Source of the DNA: an uncultured Anaerolineales bacterium
GTDB lineage: Bacteria; Chloroflexota; Anaerolineae; CG2-30-64-16
DNA: 64,000 bases
Direction of reading: 5' to 3'
Assembly: GCA_964647255.1 (NCBI GenBank)
Contig: CAZYGI010000005.1
Span: 624 to 64,623, forward strand
The position numbers and the translations under genes were made by a program. The first letter of the stretch is position 1. Each line of letters starts with the position of its first letter. This document shows positions 35,110-45,429 of the stretch, in pieces. Below the pieces are notes generated by a model. It had not been told where the DNA came from, searched no databases, and worked only from the letters and a program-made list of their open reading frames with translations.

Positions 35110-35742
35110 ATGATGACGGTTCCTTACGTTCCTCGTTGGCTGGCCTGGGCGCGTGAACTCCAGGCGATCAGCCAGACCGGCCTAACCTACAGTCTCAATC
35201 ATTACGACACCGAGCGCTACATGCGCCTGGGCGCCATCGCGGCCGAGATTGTTGAGAGCGAGGCCGGCCTGCCTGCCGGCCCGACGCTGGATAATTTCCG
35301 GGTCCAGCCCGGCTATGCCACCCCGAAGGTTGACGTGCGCGGGGCGGCCGTTCAGGAGGGCCGTATTCTGCTGGTGCAGGAGGCCGCGGATGGCTGCTGG
35401 TGTCTGCCCGGCGGCTGGGCTGACGTGGGCGAAACGCCGGCCGAAATGGTCGTGCGCGAGATGTGGGAGGAGAGCGGGTTCCAAGTGGCGCCCCGAAAAT
35501 TGATCGGCGCCTACGATGCCAACCGCGTTGGCACACCGCTGTCCTTCTATCATGCCTACAAGCTCATTTTCCTGTGCGAGATCGTCGGTGGGGAAGCGCG
35601 CCCCAGCGCCGAGACACTGGCCGTGGCATTCTTTCCCTTCGATGCATTGCCGCCGCTGTCGAGCGAACGGACCAGCGCACGTCACCTGGCCGAGATCGCC
35701 GCGCATCTGCGCGACCCATATCGCCCGGCTGCGTTTGACTGA
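35110..35742 (+). CDS. NUDIX hydrolase with N-terminal Nudix_N_2-type domain
   Basis: RWLAWARELQAISQTGLTYSLNHYDTERY; Nudix box GGWADVGETPAEMVVREMWEESG. Confidence 0.85.
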   Translation: MMTVPYVPRWLAWARELQAISQTGLTYSLNHYDTERYMRLGAIAAEIVESEAGLPAGPTLDNFRVQPGYATPKVDVRGAAVQEGRILLVQEAADGCWCLPGGWADVGETPAEMVVREMWEESGFQVAPRKLIGAYDANRVGTPLSFYHAYKLIFLCEIVGGEARPSAETLAVAFFPFDALPPLSSERTSARHLAEIAAHLRDPYRPAAFD

Positions 35743-35904
35743 ACCGACGGCACGACACGCTGAATCCCGGAGCTGGCAGACGCCGTTCTTGGCGAAGGAC
35801 CTGAGTTCCAGGGTTTGCCGGTTGACGCCGCGGCTGTGGTAGAATGGCGAAGCCATTCCGGCTAGAGCTGCGTTTGCACACATTCCAGGCGAAGGAGCCG
35901 AGCC

Positions 35905-36321
35905 ATGCAACCTCATGAAATCTATTCCCTGCGGGCCCGGGACATCATGAATCGCAATTTCGCCGTCGTCTCACCGGTTGCCACGGTGCAAGAGGCGGTG
36001 GATGCGATGCAAGCATGCAAGTGCGGCGCCGCGATCGTGGACCGCGCCGACGAGAGCGACGCCTACGGCATCGTCACCTTGCAGGAAATCGTCTATCGCG
36101 TGATCGCCAAGTCGCTGTCACCCACGCGGGTGCGGGTGGGCGAAATTCAGGTCAAGCCGCTCATCCTGGTCAGCCCGAACCTGCGCCTGCCCTTTATTGC
36201 CCAGCTTTTTGCCCGCGTCGGCATCCAGAACGGCATCGTCATTGACGATCACCGGCTGGTCGGCATCGTTTCCAGCGCGGATCTCGTCAACGCGCTGGTG
36301 CGGCCGGTGGATCACGAGTAA
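35905..36321 (+). CDS. CBS-pair domain protein
   Basis: [25 protein letters not shown]...[19 protein letters not shown]. Confidence 0.8.
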   Translation: MQPHEIYSLRARDIMNRNFAVVSPVATVQEAVDAMQACKCGAAIVDRADESDAYGIVTLQEIVYRVIAKSLSPTRVRVGEIQVKPLILVSPNLRLPFIAQLFARVGIQNGIVIDDHRLVGIVSSADLVNALVRPVDHE

Positions 36322-36419
36322 CCGGTAATCGGTAGCCAATACGCGAGACGCGTTGATCGTGCGGTTCAAGTCACTCGTTACGCATCACTCGTCACAACAT
36401 GCTTCAAGGAGGAAGTTAC

Positions 36420-37631
36420 ATGGATTTCGGCTGGACGGAAGAACAGACCATGTGGCGCCGCGCGGTGCGCGAGTTCGCCCAGAAGAAGATTGCACCCCGC
36501 GTGCGCGAGATTGACACAAACCACCGCATCCCCGATGAGATCATCAAAGGGATGACGGATATGGGGCTTTGGGCGCCCACCGTGTCGGAGGAGTACGGCG
36601 GCCAGGGGATGAGCGTCACCATGGCGACCATCGCCGCCGAGGAGCTGGGGCGCGCGGAGATCAGCCTGGCGCTGCCGGTGTGGTACCTGGTGGAAGCGAG
36701 CTGGGGCTTCGTCTTCGACCGTTACGCTTCGCCTGCGCTGAAGCGGGAGATCCTGCCGGACGTCACTGCGGGCAAGAAGTTCCTGGGCATCGCCACCACT
36801 GAGCCGGGCGGCGGCTCCGACATCGAGGGCGTCACCCGCTCCCGCGCTGAGCGCCGGCCGGACGGCAAATGGGTGCTCAACGGCGAGAAGGTCTACATCA
36901 GCGGGGTCAAGGAATCGGAGCGGCTCGGCGGCATCCATATGACCCTCGTCCGCACCGACCCGGCGGCCGGCCACAAGGGGTTCACCTACTTCGCGGTGCC
37001 GCTCAAGGACAATCCGCAGGTCAAAACCACCTATTTCGAGAACTGGGGCCGCACGGGCATCTCGACCGGCGGGTTCGTGATGGAAGACCTGGTGCTGGAC
37101 GACCACTACCGCATCGGTGAGGTGGGCCGCGGGTTCTACATGGGGATGGAGGGCTTCACCTTCGCCCGCGCGCTGATCGGCGCAACCTGTGTGGGCGCAG
37201 CCGACACCGCGCTGGCCATGGGCGTCGAGTACATCAAGCAGCGCAAGTCGTTCGGGAAGCCGCTGGCCGCCTACCAGGGCATCAACTTCCCGGCCGCCGA
37301 ACGCTACGTGGACATCGAGACCGCCCGTCTGCTGACCTACAAGGCCGCATGGATGGCCGATGAGATGTACAGCAAGCGCACGTTCAAACCCAAGGACATC
37401 GCCCTGTACGGCGCGATGGCAAAGCTGCGCGCGCCGATCATGGCCTTTGAGACCTTCAACGAGGTGGCGAACTGGCTGGGCGCGATGGGCTACACCAAGG
37501 AATACCCCATCGAGATGGGCATCCGCGGCGTCCGCTCCTACTCCATCGGGGCGGAAGGCGGCATGAACATCATGCGCATGATCATCGCCCGCGAGCTGAT
37601 CGGCGGCGAGTACACCAATCCGAGGCAGTAG
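36420..37631 (+). CDS. acyl-CoA dehydrogenase
   Basis: MDFGWTEEQTMWRRAVREFAQKKIAP, ATTEPGGGSD, QRKSFGKPLAAYQ. AAGGAGG RBS; track start 36399 trimmed. Confidence 0.88.
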   Translation: MDFGWTEEQTMWRRAVREFAQKKIAPRVREIDTNHRIPDEIIKGMTDMGLWAPTVSEEYGGQGMSVTMATIAAEELGRAEISLALPVWYLVEASWGFVFDRYASPALKREILPDVTAGKKFLGIATTEPGGGSDIEGVTRSRAERRPDGKWVLNGEKVYISGVKESERLGGIHMTLVRTDPAAGHKGFTYFAVPLKDNPQVKTTYFENWGRTGISTGGFVMEDLVLDDHYRIGEVGRGFYMGMEGFTFARALIGATCVGAADTALAMGVEYIKQRKSFGKPLAAYQGINFPAAERYVDIETARLLTYKAAWMADEMYSKRTFKPKDIALYGAMAKLRAPIMAFETFNEVANWLGAMGYTKEYPIEMGIRGVRSYSIGAEGGMNIMRMIIARELIGGEYTNPRQ

Positions 37632-37703
37632 AGCGGAGAGCGCGGAGCGAGAACATCGGAGATCTACGCTCCACGCTCCACCCTCCACGCTCCACGAGCA
37701 CCC
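37632..37703. repeat. heptamer arrays in inverted halves (GAGCGNN x3 / ACGCTCC x4)
   Basis: gagcggagagcgcggagcgag ... acgctccacgctccaccctccacgctccacg. Confidence 0.75.
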
Positions 37704-38321
37704 ATGAACCAACCCGATCCCAACCGCCGCTTCCAGATCGCCCTGGACAAGGCCCGCGCCGACTGGGCTGCGGCCGACCCGACGCGCTGTGCGACGTTGG
37801 CCGGCTGCACGCTGACGCCGGCTGGCGTGATCGTCCCTTACTTCGGCCGGCCGCACCGGTTGACGCATCCCGGCGGCGAGGCGTTCGTCCAGGCCACGGG
37901 GAACCCCGCCCACATGACCGTCGCCATCGCGCTGATGCACTACCTGCTGACCGCCGACGGCGCGGCCCCGGCGGACCGCTGGCTGGCATTCCGCGAGCTG
38001 CCCGATGGGCTGTTCTACGCCCAGGCGTTCGCGGGGCACATCGAGGGTGAGATCGCGCAGCGGTTCGGCGCAGATGTGGCGGGATTTCGGCAGGCGCTCC
38101 AGGCGTTGGGCGGCCAGCCGCTTGATCTTGCCGATGCGAGCTATCGGCTCCAGGCGCTGCCGCGGCTGGCGGTCGCCGTCCTGCTTTGGGCCGGCGACGA
38201 CGAATTTCCGGCCCAGGCCCGCGTCCTGTTCGACGCCAGTGCCGGACATTACCTGCCGACGGAAGATCTGTCGGGCCTGGGGGATTGGCTGGCGCACAAG
38301 CTGGCCCCCAAACTCCATTGA
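37704..38321 (+). CDS. DUF3786-like protein (family often linked to CODH/ACS loci)
   Basis: Pattern recollection only (VPYFGRPHRLTHPGG...LFYAQAFAGHIEGEI). Needs an HMM check. Confidence 0.45.
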   Translation: MNQPDPNRRFQIALDKARADWAAADPTRCATLAGCTLTPAGVIVPYFGRPHRLTHPGGEAFVQATGNPAHMTVAIALMHYLLTADGAAPADRWLAFRELPDGLFYAQAFAGHIEGEIAQRFGADVAGFRQALQALGGQPLDLADASYRLQALPRLAVAVLLWAGDDEFPAQARVLFDASAGHYLPTEDLSGLGDWLAHKLAPKLH

Positions 38322-38369
38322 ACCGGCTTCGCCCTGGATGGCGCTTGAGATGATTTGAGAGGAGATTGC

Positions 38370-39080
38370 ATGGCCCCCCAATCAGCGCATCACCGCCGAC
38401 AACGGCTAGTATGGATGGTCTTTGTCACCTTGTTGGCCCTGGCCTGGATGGGGGTGGCCGGGAGCGCACAAATTGCGCGCGCTCAGGCGCCCACGGCAGG
38501 GACATACCCGAAACTGGACAGCCCGGACCCCAACGTGCGCGCGGAGGCGGTCCAGGAGATCCGTGCGGCCCAGGATCACAACGCGGCCATCGCGCTGATT
38601 GACCATATCGAGGACCCCGATCAGCGCACCGGTCTGTACATCGCACAGGCGTTGATCGAGCTTGCGCCGCCGGATGTCGTCTCCTTGCTGCAGGCATCGC
38701 TTCTGAGCGGCAATGCCGACGGGCGTTGGCGGGCCGCCTATGTGCTGGGGGCACGCAAAGAAACGCGAGCTGCGTCTATGCTGGCTCACGCCCTGCGGGA
38801 CGAAGACGTGCTCGTGTCCAGGACCGCCGCCGAAGCTCTGGCAAAAATCGGCACGCCCGCCGCGACCAAGGCGCTGATCGCAGCACTGACGAGCACCCGG
38901 CCAGCAGAAATCCACGCGGCCATGAACGGCCTGCTGCTGCTGGGCGATGCCGCCGTGCCCGCGCTGGCTGAAGCGCTGGAATCGAACAACTGGCAAGTCG
39001 AGTACAGCGCGGCGGTCGTGCTGGAAGCCATCGGCACGCCAAGCGCAGTGGCGGCCCTGACCCACCTGACCGCGCAGTAG
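38370..39080 (+). CDS. secreted HEAT-repeat (PBS-lyase-like) protein
   Basis: Signal-like LVWMVFVTLLALAWMGVAGSAQIARA; repeated DxxVRxxAxxALxxIG units; GAGGAG RBS. Confidence 0.7.
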   Translation: MAPQSAHHRRQRLVWMVFVTLLALAWMGVAGSAQIARAQAPTAGTYPKLDSPDPNVRAEAVQEIRAAQDHNAAIALIDHIEDPDQRTGLYIAQALIELAPPDVVSLLQASLLSGNADGRWRAAYVLGARKETRAASMLAHALRDEDVLVSRTAAEALAKIGTPAATKALIAALTSTRPAEIHAAMNGLLLLGDAAVPALAEALESNNWQVEYSAAVVLEAIGTPSAVAALTHLTAQ

Positions 39081-39133
39081 CGTCAATCCGCAGCGATTCT
39101 CGCCGATGCATCCTTAAACGGAGGACAACACCT

Positions 39134-39904
39134 ATGACAGTCGCAGTGGGGCAAGTCGCCCCGAATTTCGCCCTGAAAAGCCACGATGGGCGGACCATTC
39201 ACCTGAGCGATTACCGGGGGAAGCGTAACGTTGTGCTGGCCTTCTTCCCCTTGGCCTGGACCCCGGTCTGAACAAGCCAGATCCCGTCGTACCAGGCCGC
39301 ACTCGGCCGGTTTGATGGGGTCAAGACCCAGGTTCTGGGTCTCAGTGTAGACAGCGCACCCTGCCTGGCGGCCTGGGCGGAAAGCCTGGGCGGCATCACT
39401 TACCCGCTCCTGAGCGACTTCTACCCGCACGGCGCGGTGGCCGACCTGTATGGCGTGCTGCGCGGAGAAGGCTACAGCGAACGGGCCATCTTCGTGATTG
39501 ACACGACCGGGATTGTGCGCTACGTGGACGTGCACGATATTGACCAACAACCGGACAACGAAGTGTTATTCGGTGTATTGGACGACATCGAACCCGAGTT
39601 AGGCGCGGCCTATCGAGCCACCGAAGCGCAAAAAGCGGCTGCGGCGCACCCCGCCCCGGCGCCCCAAGGCGGCGTGATCATGTACTGCACCACCTGGTGC
39701 CCCTCCTGCCGGCGGGCGCGCACCTTCCTCGCGGAGAACGGCATCGCCTTCACTGAAGTTGACATCTCCAAGGACCGGGGCGCGGCCGCGAAAGTGCGCG
39801 GCTGGGCGAACGGCAACGAGACAACGCCGACGTTTGACATCAACGGGACAATCATCGTGGATTTCAAACAGGCTGAGGTGGCAAAGGTCCTGGGCTTGAA
39901 GTAA
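39134..39904 (+). CDS. peroxiredoxin (AhpC/TSA)-glutaredoxin-like fusion with in-frame TGA (39269-39271) at the peroxidatic Cys: candidate selenoprotein
   Basis: FFPLAWTPV-TGA-TSQIP fits PxxxTxxC. Prx homology continues after the TGA. The C-terminal CPSC Grx/NrdH-like domain is the track ORF 39437..39904, same frame. GGAGG RBS before ATG 39134. Confidence 0.7.
39283..39319 (+). promoter_or_regulatory. SECIS-like stem-loop candidate
   Basis: CCCGUC/GAUGGG outer stem (one G-U), CC..GG, GGCCG/CGGCC inner stem, CACU loop. The apical loop is ~31 nt after the UGA. Confidence 0.45.
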
Positions 39905-40027
39905 CCGCCTGCTGTTGGACAGCGGAGACGAAGCCTAAGGCTCCGTCTCCGTGCGGGTATCACACCGAATCCGAGAGCTTGATCCTGACCGAGCCTGGCT
40001 TGGTCCAACTGGCGCAGTTCATCTTGT

Positions 40028-41152
40028 TCACAGCATCAACATCGCATCCCCGAAACTGAAGAAGCGATACCGCTCCCGGATTGCTTCGGCGTAGGCCCGG
40101 TCAATCAGCTCTTTTCCCGCAAACGCGCTCACCAGCATTAACAGGGTGGATTTCGGCAGGTGGAAGTTCGTCACCATGACATCCACCGCGCGGAAGATGT
40201 GGCCGGGCCGGATGAAGAGATCGGTCTCGCCGGTGAAAGCCGCCACGCGCTGCCAGCCGCAGACCGCGCCATCGGGAACAGTGTCGCACGGCCGGTAGCC
40301 CAGCGCGATCTTGGCTGCACTCTCCAGGGTGCGAACAACCGTCGTGCCAACGGCGATCACCCGGCCGCCGGACAGCCGGGCCTCATTGACGGCCCGCGCC
40401 GTCTCGGCGCCTAGCTCGGCCCACTCGCGATGGATCTGATGCTCCTCGATGTTCTCGGCCTGCACCGGCCGGAAGGTGTCCAGCCCGATGTGCAGCGTGA
40501 CAAACGCCAGGTTGACCCCGCGCTCGCGCAGCGCCAGCATCAGCTCCGGGGTGAAATGCAGTCCTGCAGTGGACGACGCGACCGAGCCCTCGATCCGGCT
40601 GTAGACCGTCTGGTAGCGCTCGGGGTCGGCCAGCGGCGCGTGGATGTACGGCGGCAGCGGCACCTCGCCCACATCCCACAGCCACTCGCCGGTCGGCGGA
40701 TCGAAAGCGATGACCCGGCCGCCGCTCGCGGTCTCGGCCAGGACGGTTGCGGTGATGTCGCGCCCGCCGCCGCCGTGCCGCACGCGCACCTGCACCCCCG
40801 GCCGCAACCCCTTGCCGCCAACCAGACATTCCCAGGCGTCCCCCTGCTCCTGAACCCGCAGTAGCGGTTCGGGAGCAGGGGTCAAGGGAGCGGGGGCCGG
40901 TCGCAGCAGAAAGATCTCCACCGCCCCACCCGTCGGCTTAACCCCGTGCAGCCGCGCCGGGATCACCCGGCTGTCGTTGCCCACCAACAGATCGCCGGGC
41001 CGCAGGTAGTCCAAGATGTCGTGGAACGTCCGATGGGCGATCTCGCCCGTGCGGCGGTCCAACACCAACAGCCGCGAAGCGTCGCGCGGCTCGATCGGCG
41101 TCTGTGCGATCAGCTCGGGCGGGAGGGTGTAGTCGAAGTCGTTCGTTTTCAT
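40028..41152 (-). CDS. queA: S-adenosylmethionine:tRNA ribosyltransferase-isomerase
   Basis: MKTNDFDYTLPPELIAQTPIEPRDASRLLVL..., GTTVVRTLES, LVSAFAG. M8 of the track ORF chosen by N-terminal alignment. Confidence 0.9.
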   Translation of the reverse strand: MKTNDFDYTLPPELIAQTPIEPRDASRLLVLDRRTGEIAHRTFHDILDYLRPGDLLVGNDSRVIPARLHGVKPTGGAVEIFLLRPAPAPLTPAPEPLLRVQEQGDAWECLVGGKGLRPGVQVRVRHGGGGRDITATVLAETASGGRVIAFDPPTGEWLWDVGEVPLPPYIHAPLADPERYQTVYSRIEGSVASSTAGLHFTPELMLALRERGVNLAFVTLHIGLDTFRPVQAENIEEHQIHREWAELGAETARAVNEARLSGGRVIAVGTTVVRTLESAAKIALGYRPCDTVPDGAVCGWQRVAAFTGETDLFIRPGHIFRAVDVMVTNFHLPKSTLLMLVSAFAGKELIDRAYAEAIRERYRFFSFGDAMLML

Positions 41153-41233
41153 GGAGATTCTTCGCTGGGGCATCGCCGCGACACAGGTTGAGCCGTTAGC
41201 CCGCTCAGAGTGACCGGGGGAGCGGCTTTTTGA

Positions 41234-42271
41234 TCATTGGCCTTCTTGCGTGAACAACGCGGGCTGCTCGCCGGATTCGGGGTAAGGTTCGCCCAAGTGA
41301 GCGTAGGCCTTGCGCGTCGCCACGCGGCCGCGCGGGGTGCGGTCAAGGAAGCCGAGCTGAAGCAGATAAGGCTCGACAACATCCATGATCGTGTCGGACT
41401 CCTCGGAAAGCGACGCGGCAATGGTCTCCAGCCCCACCGGTCCCCCGCGAAAATCGCGGATGATGCGGCTCAGCACCGCCCGGTCGAGTGCGTCAAGCCC
41501 CAGGTTGTCCACATCCAGGAGCGCCAGTGCCTCCGCAGCGCTGGCGCCGGTGATCGCGCCGTCCCCGCGCACCTGGGCGTAATCCCGCGCGCGGCGCAGC
41601 AGACGCAGGGCCACGCGCGGTGTACCGCGGCCGCGACGGGCGATCTCGGCGATACCGTCGGCCGTGATGGGCGCCTGGAGCAGCCCGGCCGCGCGCTGGA
41701 CGATCTTCTGCACCGCCTCCACGTCGTAAAAATCGAAGCGATACGTCGCACCGAAACGCGCACGCAGCGGCGCGGTCATCAGCGCCAGCCGGGTCGTCGC
41801 GCCGATCAGCGTGAAGCGCGGCAGCTTCAGGCGGATGTTCCGTGCGCTCGGCCCTTTGCCGATCACGATGTCCAGCGCGAAGTCCTCCATCGCCGGGTAA
41901 AGCACCTCTTCGACCGCGCGACCCAGGCGGTGGACCTCGTCAATGAACAGGATGTCGCCCGCGCGCAGGTTGGTCAGGATCGCCGCCAGGTCACCGGCGC
42001 GCTCGATCGCCGGGCCGGCCGTGACTTTCAGCCCGACGCCCATCTCCGTGCTCAACACGTGCGCCAAGGTTGTCTTTCCCAGCCCCGGCGGCCCGTAGAA
42101 CAGGACGTGATCCAATGGCTCCCCGCGGGCACGCGCGGCTTGAATCAGGATGCTCAGGTTCTCCCGCAGGCGATCCTGGCCGACGATCTCGGCCAGGGTG
42201 CGCGGACGGAGTGCAGCATCCACCACCACTTCTTCGGGACGGCTTTGCGGCGAAATCGGGCGATCAGGCAT
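41234..42271 (-). CDS. ruvB: Holliday junction branch migration helicase
   Basis: [39 protein letters not shown]-terminal [20 protein letters not shown]. Confidence 0.94.
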   Translation of the reverse strand: MPDRPISPQSRPEEVVVDAALRPRTLAEIVGQDRLRENLSILIQAARARGEPLDHVLFYGPPGLGKTTLAHVLSTEMGVGLKVTAGPAIERAGDLAAILTNLRAGDILFIDEVHRLGRAVEEVLYPAMEDFALDIVIGKGPSARNIRLKLPRFTLIGATTRLALMTAPLRARFGATYRFDFYDVEAVQKIVQRAAGLLQAPITADGIAEIARRGRGTPRVALRLLRRARDYAQVRGDGAITGASAAEALALLDVDNLGLDALDRAVLSRIIRDFRGGPVGLETIAASLSEESDTIMDVVEPYLLQLGFLDRTPRGRVATRKAYAHLGEPYPESGEQPALFTQEGQ

Positions 42272-42306
42272 GGCGACCTTTCAGGTGACGAAAATTCCCG
42301 AGCGGC

Positions 42307-42315
42307 ATTATACCA
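42307..42315 (-). promoter_or_regulatory. extended -10 element (TGgTATAAT) upstream of ruvB
   Basis: rc of 42307-42315 is TGGTATAAT, ~36 nt upstream of ATG 42271. No convincing -35. Confidence 0.4.
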
Positions 42316-42347
42316 GACCCGGCCGGTTTCAACCAGCAGCGCGGACG

Positions 42348-42376
42348 TTGACGCGTTCAACGTTCTGTGGTATAAG
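42348..42376 (+). promoter_or_regulatory. sigma70-type promoter for the dksA-like gene
   Basis: TTGACG, 17 nt, TGgTATAAG. ~70 nt upstream of ATG 42448, which has a GAGGAG RBS. Confidence 0.55.
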
Positions 42377-42447
42377 AGGACAGCTTTTGCCCCGGTCAGA
42401 TAGAAGTACAACCCTTTGACCGCAAGACACGGACCGAGGAGATACCC

Positions 42448-42831
42448 ATGCCGACTCGCCAACAGATCATCATCCGCGAACGCCATAAGCTGCTTGACGA
42501 GCAGAAACGGATCGCCGGTGAGTTGGAGCGCCTGCGTGAGGCGCTCAAAGTTGAAGTTGATGTTGACCCTGAAGAGGGCGACGCCGACCTGCTCGAGCGT
42601 GAAAAGAACGTCGCGTTGGTCAGCCAGCTCGAGGTCAAGCTGGCGCGCGTGCAAGCCGCGCTGCGCTCCATCGAAAAGGGCAAGTACGGCATCTGCGAGC
42701 GCTGCGGCAACGAGATCCCCACCGAGCGCCTTGACGTGCGGCCCGATGCCACGCTTTGCGTCACTTGCCAGGTGGAAGTCGAGAAGCTGATTAAACGCGG
42801 CCAGCTACGTCAAGCCCAAGAAATCGTGTGA
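42448..42831 (+). CDS. DksA/TraR family C4 zinc-finger protein
   Basis: Coiled-coil N-terminus plus CERCGNEIPTERLDVRPDATLCVTC. Confidence 0.82.
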   Translation: MPTRQQIIIRERHKLLDEQKRIAGELERLREALKVEVDVDPEEGDADLLEREKNVALVSQLEVKLARVQAALRSIEKGKYGICERCGNEIPTERLDVRPDATLCVTCQVEVEKLIKRGQLRQAQEIV

Positions 42832-42964
42832 CGCTATGTCCAGGAGAGGTGCGGGCGTGACATCTTGTCAGCCTGCCGGAATGCAGACGGGTTTGGCAAG
42901 CCTCTGAGTGAGGAAGCCAGACCCGTTTTTTCTGCCCGGAGACCGGACAGAAGGGAGCGCTTTC

Positions 42965-43597
42965 ATGTTGCCAGAAAACGTCTTCGTTTCAGGCCATCCA
43001 CTCATCCGACACAAGCTTTCGATCCTACGTAACAAGGACACGGAACCCAAGAAGTTCCGTGAGCTGATCCGAGAGATTTCGATCCTGCTCGCTTACGAGG
43101 CGACCTCCGACCTTGGCTTGAAGCCGAAAGAGGTTGAGACGCCGATGGGGATCGCCCACTGCGCGGAACTCACCGAGGCGATCGGCCTGGTGCCGGTGCT
43201 GCGGGCCGGGCTGGGCATGGTGGAGGGCATTTGGGAGATGATGCCGGGCGCCGAGGTCTGGCACATCGGCCTCTTCCGCGACGAGCGGACGCTGCGGCCC
43301 GTGCAATACTACAACAAGCTGCCCGTCGCGCCCACCGTCCAGGTGTGCCTGATGCTCGATCCGATGCTCGCGACCGGCGGCTCGGCGGTGGCGACGGTGG
43401 ACATCCTGAAGCGTTGGGGTGCGCTCCGGATCAAATACGTGGGCATCATCGGCGCGCCGGAAGGCGTCGAGCGGCTGCACACTGCGCACCCCGATGTCCC
43501 GATCCACCTGGCCGCCGTGGACGAGCGGCTCAACGAGATCGGCTACATCGTGCCCGGCCTGGGCGACGCGGGTGACCGGCAGTTCGGGACAGGATGA
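42965..43597 (+). CDS. upp: uracil phosphoribosyltransferase
   Basis: [49 protein letters not shown]. Confidence 0.92.
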   Translation: MLPENVFVSGHPLIRHKLSILRNKDTEPKKFRELIREISILLAYEATSDLGLKPKEVETPMGIAHCAELTEAIGLVPVLRAGLGMVEGIWEMMPGAEVWHIGLFRDERTLRPVQYYNKLPVAPTVQVCLMLDPMLATGGSAVATVDILKRWGALRIKYVGIIGAPEGVERLHTAHPDVPIHLAAVDERLNEIGYIVPGLGDAGDRQFGTG

Positions 43598-43822
43598 GGG
43601 AGCTATTGTTGATTGGCCGGCTGCGCGTGTAATGAAGCGCCGAAGGTCGGCGACTGAAACGCGCTGCCGCGGATGCCCCCATCATATCTGGCACAGATTG
43701 GCCGCCTCACGTATAATAGCCGGGTTTTGGCGGAACCGATGTGCGCGGTAACACGCGGGATTCGCGGATGGAATGCTCACGCGGTGTACGCCTCACGAAT
43801 CACAATAACCACTCAGGAAAGC

Positions 43823-44311
43823 ATGACAGATACGACAGCTCCCCGTCCCCCGTGGGACGACTACTTCATGGACATCACCCTCCAGGTGGCGCGGCGGAGC
43901 ACCTGCGACCGCGCGCACGTCGGCTCGATCATCGTCAAGGATAAGCGCATCCTGACGACGGGTTACAACGGTGCGCCCGCCGGGCTGCCGCACTGCGATG
44001 AGATCGGCCACTTGATGATCGCCGGGCACTGCGTCCGCACGCTGCACGCGGAGCAGAACGCGATCATCCAGGCTGCGCTGCACGGCGTCAGCGTCGAGGG
44101 CAGCACCCTGTACGTGACGCACCAGCCGTGCCTGACCTGCGCCAAAATGATCATCAATGCGGGCATCCGGCGCGTGGTCTACGCGGGGCACTACCCGGAC
44201 GAGAACGCTGTGGCGTTCCTCCGCGACGCCGGTGTCGCGCTCGAACCGTGGACGCGGCCTGCGCGTGCGGCCGAGCCCGGCGAAGACGCGGACAACGTCG
44301 CGACGGAGTGA
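43823..44311 (+). CDS. dCMP deaminase / ComEB-type cytidine-deoxycytidylate deaminase
   Basis: WDDYFM...RSTC, HAEQNAI, PCLTCAKMIINAGI. Confidence 0.87.
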   Translation: MTDTTAPRPPWDDYFMDITLQVARRSTCDRAHVGSIIVKDKRILTTGYNGAPAGLPHCDEIGHLMIAGHCVRTLHAEQNAIIQAALHGVSVEGSTLYVTHQPCLTCAKMIINAGIRRVVYAGHYPDENAVAFLRDAGVALEPWTRPARAAEPGEDADNVATE

Positions 44312-44347
44312 GTCGGCGAATCGCGGGGGCCGCACGACGCCGATCGT

Positions 44348-45148
44348 ATGCAGAGGATGAGAAATCGAGCCATGGATATCACTGGACACGCAGATCCGAA
44401 AAGGTGGTTCGTTGCGGGCGCGCTCGCGGCGCTCTGTCTGATGGCGGTGGTGTTGGTTTTGAGCGGCTGTGCGGCGGCTGAACCGGCTGCAACGCCAACG
44501 CCCACCAAGACCCAGATGCCGACTTTCACGCCCGCGCCGCCCACGGCCACGGCGACTGAGATTCCGCCGACCGCGACGGCGACGGTCATGCCGACAGCCA
44601 CTGCAGAACCCACCGCGACGGCTGCGCCGCCGACGGCGCAGCCGACCGCGGTCCCGCCGACCGCCACCCCGCAGCCGGCCGCGCCGAAGCCGACGGCCCG
44701 ACCTGCGCAGCCGACCGCGGTCCCGCAGCCGGTTGTGACCGACCCCTGCGCGGGCATCGGCGGCGACGGGTGCAAGTGGCGCGTCACCGGCGGGCCAAGC
44801 TTCGGTGAAAACGGCGGGATGGAGCTCAAGCTGCAGCTTCTCTTCATCCACAGCGGCGTTGAGGGCGGACAGCCGCAGGGCAGCTATTTCATCGTCGTAG
44901 AGAAAGACGGCCAACGCCTTCCGATCCCCGACAGCGTGCGCAGCATCGCGCTGGAGTCCAGCACGGGTTTGCTCGGCAAGTATAATTACGAGTACAGCCT
45001 CGGCGTAGACAAGCTGCCGGGCAACACCGTGGCCGGTCATTACCGATTGTGGGTATTGGATGGCAACGGCGAGCGCGATAGCCGGAACATCGAATTCGAC
45101 GTGCCGGCCAACAGCGGGCTGATTTGGATCAAGTTCGATCAAAACTAA
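44348..45148 (+). CDS. secreted protein with Pro/Thr/Ala-rich repeat linker and C-terminal beta-rich domain
   Basis: TM/signal [16 protein letters not shown]; [46 protein letters not shown] repeats (44490-44740). Confidence 0.55.
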   Translation: MQRMRNRAMDITGHADPKRWFVAGALAALCLMAVVLVLSGCAAAEPAATPTPTKTQMPTFTPAPPTATATEIPPTATATVMPTATAEPTATAAPPTAQPTAVPPTATPQPAAPKPTARPAQPTAVPQPVVTDPCAGIGGDGCKWRVTGGPSFGENGGMELKLQLLFIHSGVEGGQPQGSYFIVVEKDGQRLPIPDSVRSIALESSTGLLGKYNYEYSLGVDKLPGNTVAGHYRLWVLDGNGERDSRNIEFDVPANSGLIWIKFDQN

Positions 45149-45253
45149 AGTACGTCTTTCTGAAACGCTCGATTCCGCGCAGCGGCAGGCGGCCCGACAA
45201 GCTACGCTTACGCACGAGATGCTTCGGCACCTGATTCCAAAAGTTTAGCGAAT

Positions 45254-45429
45254 GTCATCCTGAGCGGATCTGCTTCGCAAGCTGCGGCACCGTTAAAGTC
45301 TGACCGTGCCTCAGCATGACATGCGATCTTGTGAAAACAGAGCGAAGGATCTCGTTCCGGCCGAAATCTCTAAGCGAGTTAACAACTCAACACGCCTCCC
45401 GATAAGTCACACCAGCGAAGAATCTCGTG
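45254..45429. repeat. GTCATCCTGAG / GCGAAGGATCTCG hairpin-repeat family copies
   Basis: gtcatcctgagcgg (45254-45267) pairs with gcctcagcatgac (45308-45320); agcgaaggatctcgt (45341-45355) and agcgaagaatctcgt (45415-45429). Confidence 0.75.

Noticed and set aside
36378-38381. 667-aa minus-strand ORF
   Set aside because: It is antisense to the acyl-CoA dehydrogenase and the DUF3786-like gene. It shows shadow-frame composition.
39269-39271. Reading the TGA as a simple nonsense mutation (pseudogene)
   Set aside because: This is not fully excluded but is judged less likely. It is the only disruption and falls exactly on the catalytic Cys codon. Both flanks keep intact frame and homology, and a suitably spaced hairpin follows.
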